Shown piece after piece: positions 58,998 through 64,000 of a stretch of 64,000 nucleotides of DNA. The translations under genes and the position numbers were made by a program. The notes beneath the pieces are model-generated. The model was not told where the DNA came from. It did no database searches and saw only the letters and a program-made list of their open reading frames with translations. How positions within the stretch are numbered: the first letter of the stretch is position 1; each line of letters begins with the position of its first letter. Source of the DNA: Bacteroidales bacterium (lineage in GTDB: Bacteria > Bacteroidota > Bacteroidia > Bacteroidales > ML635J-15); NCBI GenBank assembly GCA_035343375.1, contig DAOQYW010000001.1, forward strand, positions 28,695 through 92,694. Reading direction: 5' to 3'.

Positions 58998-60136
58998 TGA
59001 ACGAATTTTTCGAAAAAACAGAACAATCAATTAAGCATCTTCAGGCACTGCATGATTTTTTCAATAATCCAGCAAATTATGTAATTCCAGATGAGCAAAC
59101 TGATTTAGACATCTATCAATCTAATTTAGCCGAATTAGTAAACTCGTTTTCGGAAATAAATGCCTTTGAGCAACTATATAATAAAGATGATAGACAGCTA
59201 ATTCTTGCTGATTTATTTGAATATTTTCTTTTAGGTAGGGCATTTTACTCTTTAGGGAATAGCCGGAGAACTTTTGATAAGAAAGAGCATTTTACCAAAG
59301 GAATTTTACATTTTGTAAATCTTTTGATGTGCTTCGAGTCAATAACAGTAAATGTGCAAAGACGAAATAAACTGTTAGATTATTTAATTACACAAGTTCC
59401 TTCAATCGAACATGAAGACAACTTCACAGATTTAAGAGATTATGCGGCAGAAGTTGGTTTGCCTGGTTCTGTTGAGGGCAAGACCCTTGGAAAATATTTT
59501 GACAAACTGATGCCTAAAACAGCTGGAGGCTTATGGCACGAATTACTTGTTTACATTTTTGTCATTAGAAACGATTTGGGATATATCCTTCCATTATTGC
59601 TACATCAAAAAATTTATAGCAAATCAGACCATCTCGTTCCCCCCGATTTTTTGATCATTACAAAAGATAAGCGTGTTTACGGTATAGAAGTAGGTATAAA
59701 AAAAGAAATTCAATCAGGTTCTTTTTCCTTAAAAACTGCTATCCCGACAGCAACTATTGATACAATAAATTCAAGAAATTCCGACAGATGTCCAAGTTGT
59801 AAAAAATGGATAAACTTCTGTCCATTCGTAATTGAAAATTATTCAAACTTTAATAACGAAATTGATAGAACAGAAGTGAAGTGCCTTACAAGTTGTAATA
59901 TTTTCACGAGAGAACAAATATTGAATGGAGGGTGTAAGTATTCAAAATATTCCAGAGGAAGAGCTGCAACTCTTGCTCACACACATCATGATTTTGCGGA
60001 TGGTAAACATTATCATTACCATTGTGTCTTAGATAATGTAACCCCAGCAAAACGAGCTGAAATTATAGCAGCTGAGGATACGCCTGCTATAAAAACACAT
60101 TACCCATATTATTCAGGATTAGAAGAATTATTTTAA
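58997..60136 (+). CDS. Uncharacterised 379-aa protein: possible PD-(D/E)xK-like core plus Cys/His-rich C-terminal region
   Basis: Start overlaps the MTase stop (TAATG). LWHELLVYIFV...VPPDFLIITKDKRVYGIEVGIKKE could be an E / PD / E..K nuclease core. CPSCKKWINFCPF, KCLTSCNIF, GGCKYS and HTHHDFADGKHYHYHC suggest metal binding. I cannot name a family. Confidence 0.7.
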   Translation: MNEFFEKTEQSIKHLQALHDFFNNPANYVIPDEQTDLDIYQSNLAELVNSFSEINAFEQLYNKDDRQLILADLFEYFLLGRAFYSLGNSRRTFDKKEHFTKGILHFVNLLMCFESITVNVQRRNKLLDYLITQVPSIEHEDNFTDLRDYAAEVGLPGSVEGKTLGKYFDKLMPKTAGGLWHELLVYIFVIRNDLGYILPLLLHQKIYSKSDHLVPPDFLIITKDKRVYGIEVGIKKEIQSGSFSLKTAIPTATIDTINSRNSDRCPSCKKWINFCPFVIENYSNFNNEIDRTEVKCLTSCNIFTREQILNGGCKYSKYSRGRAATLAHTHHDFADGKHYHYHCVLDNVTPAKRAEIIAAEDTPAIKTHYPYYSGLEELF

Positions 60137-60137
60137 C

Positions 60138-60920
60138 ATGGCACTAACACAACAACAAATTCAACAAGTAGAAACTGTTTTACGAAATAGTCTAAGACAT
60201 AAATTTCAAAATTATAATCCTGAACCTGCAGTAATGCCGTTTCATACAAGGCTATTGGGACAGGACAGAATGGCTTTGTTTTCATTTATCCATTCACTAA
60301 ATACAAATTTTGGCACAAGCATTTTTGAACCAGTTGCATTGGCTTTAGCATCAACAAAATTCAAAGAAGCAAAATCTCAGGCAACTGCAGGAATCATAAT
60401 AAGTGAATATGCTCAAAGAGTTATTCAAGATATTATGGATGATTTAACTTCAGCTTCAACAAAACCAATAAAAGAAGATGAAATAGAAAAAATTAGGAAA
60501 GTTTGTCAATCTGGTAATATAAAAACAGTTAAACCCACAAAAGTTGATGTTTGGTTAAAGTCTAATGATGATGAACTTTTTCTTTTTGACATAAAAACAG
60601 CTAAACCCAACAAAGGAGGCTTTATAGAATTTAAAAGAACTTTGCTAGAATGGACAGCATGTGTTCTTGCGGATAATCCAAAAGCTAAAGTTAATACTTT
60701 AATAGCAATTCCATATAATCCATATGAACCAAAGCCATATTCTCGTTGGACAATGGCGGGCATGCTCGACTTAGAAAATGAATTAAAAGTTGCCGCGGAA
60801 TTTTGGGATTTTCTTGGTGGCCAAAGTGCTTATGCAGACTTGCTTGATATTTTTGAAAGAATTGGATTAGAGCTAAGACCAGAAATTGATGCATACTTTG
60901 CAAGATACAACAGGCAATAG
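60138..60920 (+). CDS. Probable type II restriction endonuclease (TdeIII-like family, from memory)
   Basis: MPFHTRLLGQDRMALFSFIHSLNTNFGTSIFEPVA and LFLFDIKTAKPNKGGFIEFKRTLLEW (D-x-K) match my recollection of TdeIII-family enzymes. The start is 1 nt after the upstream stop, and it is the last gene of the operon. Confidence 0.6.
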   Translation: MALTQQQIQQVETVLRNSLRHKFQNYNPEPAVMPFHTRLLGQDRMALFSFIHSLNTNFGTSIFEPVALALASTKFKEAKSQATAGIIISEYAQRVIQDIMDDLTSASTKPIKEDEIEKIRKVCQSGNIKTVKPTKVDVWLKSNDDELFLFDIKTAKPNKGGFIEFKRTLLEWTACVLADNPKAKVNTLIAIPYNPYEPKPYSRWTMAGMLDLENELKVAAEFWDFLGGQSAYADLLDIFERIGLELRPEIDAYFARYNRQ

Positions 60921-60970
60921 CCAACACAAAGAGTCAAGCACATTTGCAAATAACACAATCTTGTGCCCTC

Positions 60971-61222
60971 ACTTGCAGCACTCTTTTTTCGCTTTAGTTG
61001 CCCTTCTGTGGCCAAGGCTTCCGCTTTATCAAGGTCTTCGTAATCGCTTTCCTGCTGTCCCATAAATATCTTGACAAGACCTCTGTTGTAATATGCTAAA
61101 TAAAATCCGGGTTCAATATCTATTGCGGTAGAATAATCTTTTATAGCTCCTTTAAAATCACCTATGATTTCCTTAACAACACCTCTGGAATTATAGGCTT
61201 TTGCAAATTTCCGATTTGTTTC
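60971..61222 (-). pseudogene. Duplicated 3' fragment of the TPR gene (copy of 62061..62313)
   Basis: Manual alignment to the intact gene shows about 15 substitutions and one 1-nt indel over ~252 nt, including a ~130-nt identical core. It encodes only ...ETNRKFAKAYNSRGVVKEIIGDFKGAIKDY...MGQQES..., with a frameshift near the end and no N-terminus. Confidence 0.8.
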
Positions 61223-61223
61223 G

Positions 61224-62015
61224 GAGTTTGCGAAAGGTTTTTCACAAAGAAATCTTGAACAAATGAGACAATTTTATTTGACATACTCAAAAACGCAGAC
61301 ATCGTCTGCGGAATTCAATTTAAGCTGGTCTCATTATTTAAGGCTGATGAGAATCGGCAATGAAGATGAAAGAAGATATTATGAGATAGAAGCATTTGAA
61401 AATAATTGGAGCTTGAGAGAATTACAACGTCAATTTGATAGTGCTTTATACGAAAGGTTAGTTTTAAGTCGAGATAAAAAAGCAGTAAGAGCATTGTCAG
61501 AAAAAGGGCAAGTCATTGAAAGTCCTAAAGATACAATAAAAGATCCTTATGTTTTAGAATTTATTGGACTTCCCGAAAATAGCAATTATTCTGAAACTGA
61601 ATTGGAACAGAAAATCATTGACAAGCTTGAACACTTTTTGCTCGAATTGGGGAAAGGCTATGCTTTTATTGGCAGACAAGTTCGTTTTACATTTGATGAA
61701 AAACATTTTAGAGTTGATTTAGTTTTTTATAATCGATTATTGCAAAGTTTTGTATTAATAGACTTAAAGATAGGTGAAATAAATCATCAAGATTTAGGAC
61801 AAATGCAGATGTATGTGAATTATTATGATCGTTATGTAAAACTTGACACTGAAAACAAAACAATTGGAATTGTTTTGTGCAAAGATAAGAATGACACAGT
61901 TGTAGAAATAACTTTACCTGAAAACAATGAACAAATTTTTGCTAGTAAGTATCAAACTGTTTTACCAAGCAAAAAGGAGTTAAAGCAACTTATTGAAAAT
62001 AAAGAAAATGAATAA
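61224..62015 (+). pseudogene. 5'-truncated DUF1016 / YhcG-type PD-(D/E)xK nuclease gene
   Basis: The frame upstream of the first ATG (61263) still reads EFAKGFSQRNLEQ-MRQFYLTY, the mid-protein GFS.RNL..MR.FY motif of YhcG-like proteins. It ends abruptly at the TPR-repeat junction (61222), so the ~100 N-terminal residues are missing. The C-terminal nuclease core is intact (RVDLVFYNRLLQSFVLIDLKIG). Confidence 0.7.
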
Positions 62016-62058
62016 CCAACAAAACAACAACAAGTAAGCGCCATAGCCCAACCAATCG

Positions 62059-62460
62059 CTACCTACAGCACTCCTTTTTTGCTTTAGTTGCCCTTCTGTG
62101 GCCAAGGGCTTCTGCTTTATCAAGATCTTCGCAACCGCTTTCCTGCTGTCCCATAAATATCTTGACAAGACCTCTGTTGTAATATGCTAAATAAAATCCG
62201 GGTTCAATATCTATTGCGGTAGAATAATCTTTTATAGCTCCTTTAAAATCCCCAATGATTTCCTTAACAACACCTCTCGAATTATAGGCTTTCGCAAATT
62301 TCCTGTCTGTTTCTATTGCCCTGTTAAACTCGTAAATTGCTTCTTTATATTTTCCAAGATTCGCCTTTTCTTTACCGCGTTCATAAAACTCATTTGCTGT
62401 CTGGCCAAATAACATCTGACCTAAACAAATAAATCCAACTATAAAAACCAGTCTGTTCAC
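62059..62460 (-). CDS. Small secreted tetratricopeptide-repeat protein
   Basis: Signal peptide MNRLVFIVGFICLGQMLFGQ, then three TPR-like units (A..Y..RG......G.Y..AI.D...AI...P....AYYNRG). Confidence 0.8.
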   Translation of the reverse strand: MNRLVFIVGFICLGQMLFGQTANEFYERGKEKANLGKYKEAIYEFNRAIETDRKFAKAYNSRGVVKEIIGDFKGAIKDYSTAIDIEPGFYLAYYNRGLVKIFMGQQESGCEDLDKAEALGHRRATKAKKECCR

Positions 62461-62529
62461 GGCAATTTTTAACTTAATTTTCGCTGTAAAAATATATTAA
62501 TTTATAATACTTTTACAAAATCTCTTCCA

Positions 62530-64000
62530 TTATTTTCCCCAACTTTCTCTGTCAAGACTTCTGTAATTAATTGCTTCGGCAATATGTGCCGGATGAATCT
62601 TTTCGTTGTTTTCGAGATCTGCAATTGTTCTCGAAAGTTTGATAATTCTGTCATATGCCCTGGCAGATAAATCCAGTTTTTCCATCGCATTTTTTAACAA
62701 GCTCAGACAAGTATCATCCAACTTACAGAATTCTTTTATCATTTTCGAATTCATCTGTGCATTACAATAAACATTTTTGCGTTTTTTAAATCTTTCTCTT
62801 TGAATTTGCCTTGCAGTTATCACTCTTTTTTGAATCTCGCGACTCTTTTCGACAGGTTTTGCATCCGACAATTTATCAAAACTTACCGGAGTTACTTCAA
62901 GGTGAATATCTATTCGGTCGAACAGAGGCCCGGAAATACGGCTTAGATATTTTTGCACTGCCGAAGCGGGACAAATACAATCTTTGTCAGGATGATTATA
63001 GTATCCACAGGGGCATGGATTCATTGCTGCCACTAACATCAGGCTTGCCGGATATTCAACAGTAAATTTTGCTCTTGAAATTGTCACTACTCTGTCTTCG
63101 AGGGGTTGCCTCATCACTTCGAGAACGGTTCTTTTAAACTCCGGCAATTCATCCAGAAACAAAACTCCGTTATGTGCCAGTGAGATTTCTCCGGGTTGAG
63201 GATATGTACCTCCACCCACAAGAGCTACATCGGAAATTGTATGGTGTGGACTTCTGAATGGTCTCTGGAGCATTAAAGATTTGCCTCCTTCTGTTTTTCC
63301 TGCGACAGAATGTATCTTAGTCGTTTCAATAGCTTCCTCAAGACTTAATGGAGGTAAGATTCCGGGAATTCGTTTTGCCAGCATTGTTTTTCCCGACCCC
63401 GGGGGACCAATCATAATAATATTATGCCCTCCTGCGGCCGCTATTTCCAATGCGCGTTTAACATTTTCCTGACCTTTTACATCTGCAAAATCAATTTCGG
63501 AATCTTCTATACATTTTTGAAATTCCGCCTCCAAATCAACAACTACTCGTTCTAAGGGTTTTGTTCCACTCAGAAAATCGACAAGTTCATGAAGATTGCT
63601 AACCCCATATACTTCCAGGTCTTCCACCACCGCTGCTTCACGGGTATTTTCGACAGGTAATATAACTCCTTTAAATCCGGCATTCCTTGCCTCAATTGCT
63701 ATTGGCAGTGCTCCTTTTATTGATTTAACATTCCCGTCCAGCGAAAGCTCACCCATAATAATATAATCACAAAGCTTCTGATTATCAATCTGTTCCGAAG
63801 CGGCAAGCACTCCGACAGCAATAGGTAAATCGTACGAGGAACCCTCTTTTCTGACATCGGCAGGTGCCATATTGATAACAATCTTTTTCCCCGGCCATTT
63901 ATATCCATTGGTTGTTAATGCACTGATTATTCTCTGCTGACTTTCTTTTACTGCCGAGTCTGCAAGTCCCACTAAATAAAAATTAATCCCTTGTGAAATA
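62530..64000 (-). CDS. comM: YifB/ComM-family Mg-chelatase-like AAA+ ATPase (N-terminus outside window)
   Basis: The frame stays open to the window edge (ISQGINFYLVGLADSAVKES...). Lon-protease-like N-domain, Walker A GPPGSGKTM, FLDELPEF, and the C-terminal ChlI-like segment SARAYDRIIKLSRTIADL. Confidence 0.9.
   Translation of the reverse strand, partial: ISQGINFYLVGLADSAVKESQQRIISALTTNGYKWPGKKIVINMAPADVRKEGSSYDLPIAVGVLAASEQIDNQKLCDYIIMGELSLDGNVKSIKGALPIAIEARNAGFKGVILPVENTREAAVVEDLEVYGVSNLHELVDFLSGTKPLERVVVDLEAEFQKCIEDSEIDFADVKGQENVKRALEIAAAGGHNIIMIGPPGSGKTMLAKRIPGILPPLSLEEAIETTKIHSVAGKTEGGKSLMLQRPFRSPHHTISDVALVGGGTYPQPGEISLAHNGVLFLDELPEFKRTVLEVMRQPLEDRVVTISRAKFTVEYPASLMLVAAMNPCPCGYYNHPDKDCICPASAVQKYLSRISGPLFDRIDIHLEVTPVSFDKLSDAKPVEKSREIQKRVITARQIQRERFKKRKNVYCNAQMNSKMIKEFCKLDDTCLSLLKNAMEKLDLSARAYDRIIKLSRTIADLENNEKIHPAHIAEAINYRSLDRESWGK

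Noticed and set aside
60830-61063. 77-aa minus-strand ORF (MGQQESDYEDLDKAEALATEGQLKRKK...), and the 62-aa ORF at 61980-62168
   Set aside because: The first is the frameshifted tail of the duplicated TPR fragment running antisense into the endonuclease gene. The second is an out-of-frame reading of the intact TPR gene's 3' end.
62502-62690. 62-aa minus-strand ORF overlapping the 3' end of comM/yifB
   Set aside because: It is out of frame within a strongly supported AAA+ ATPase gene and has no independent evidence.

Overview
AT-rich chromosomal segment that looks like Bacteroidota: T9SS-type C-terminal sorting domains, a PorV/PorU-like pair and a fused GT3-GT35 glycogen enzyme. About 40 protein genes and one tRNA are supportable.

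Housekeeping content, left to right:
- Two tandem paralogous giant FG-GAP/MBG surface proteins.
- A glycogen cluster: GT3-GT35 fusion, GH57, GT4 and a GH133-like debrancher.
- SUF accessory genes, trxA and dnaE.
- A C25 peptidase plus PorV-like barrel.
- pssA, purS and tRNA-His.
- capD-like dehydratase, rsgA, an HD-domain protein and lpxD.
- An LTD surface protein, asd, GH25 and an S41 peptidase.
- parE, parC, aroK, a lipid kinase and a partial comM/yifB.

Accessory or rearranged spots worth a second look:
1. 57.1-60.9 kb: a translationally coupled HTH / methyltransferase / unknown Cys-His-rich nuclease-like protein / TdeIII-like endonuclease operon. A perfect 17-bp palindrome sits upstream. 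On the right is a duplicated TPR-gene 3' end bracketing a 5'-truncated DUF1016 nuclease gene. This is my best candidate for an undescribed (defence-type) system.
2. 13.0-14.3 kb: a small putative lipoprotein with a duplicated TKYG.P..DY motif next to a radical SAM/SPASM enzyme, embedded in the glycogen cluster.
3. 54.2-55.0 kb: a 445-bp, locally GC-richer, stem-rich insert flanked by 179-bp direct repeats that duplicate both convergent gene ends.
4. 31.6-32.2 kb: a near-identical 2 x ~215-bp hairpin-dense tandem repeat just after a tRNA-His with an imperfect acceptor stem.
5. 47.1-48.0 kb: an N-terminal fragment of a C39 bacteriocin-exporter gene, abutting a DUF559 endonuclease gene flanked by ~90-nt GC-rich direct repeats.

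No CRISPR array, rRNA, transposase or integrase gene was seen. All family assignments come from motif reading and memory, not from searches.
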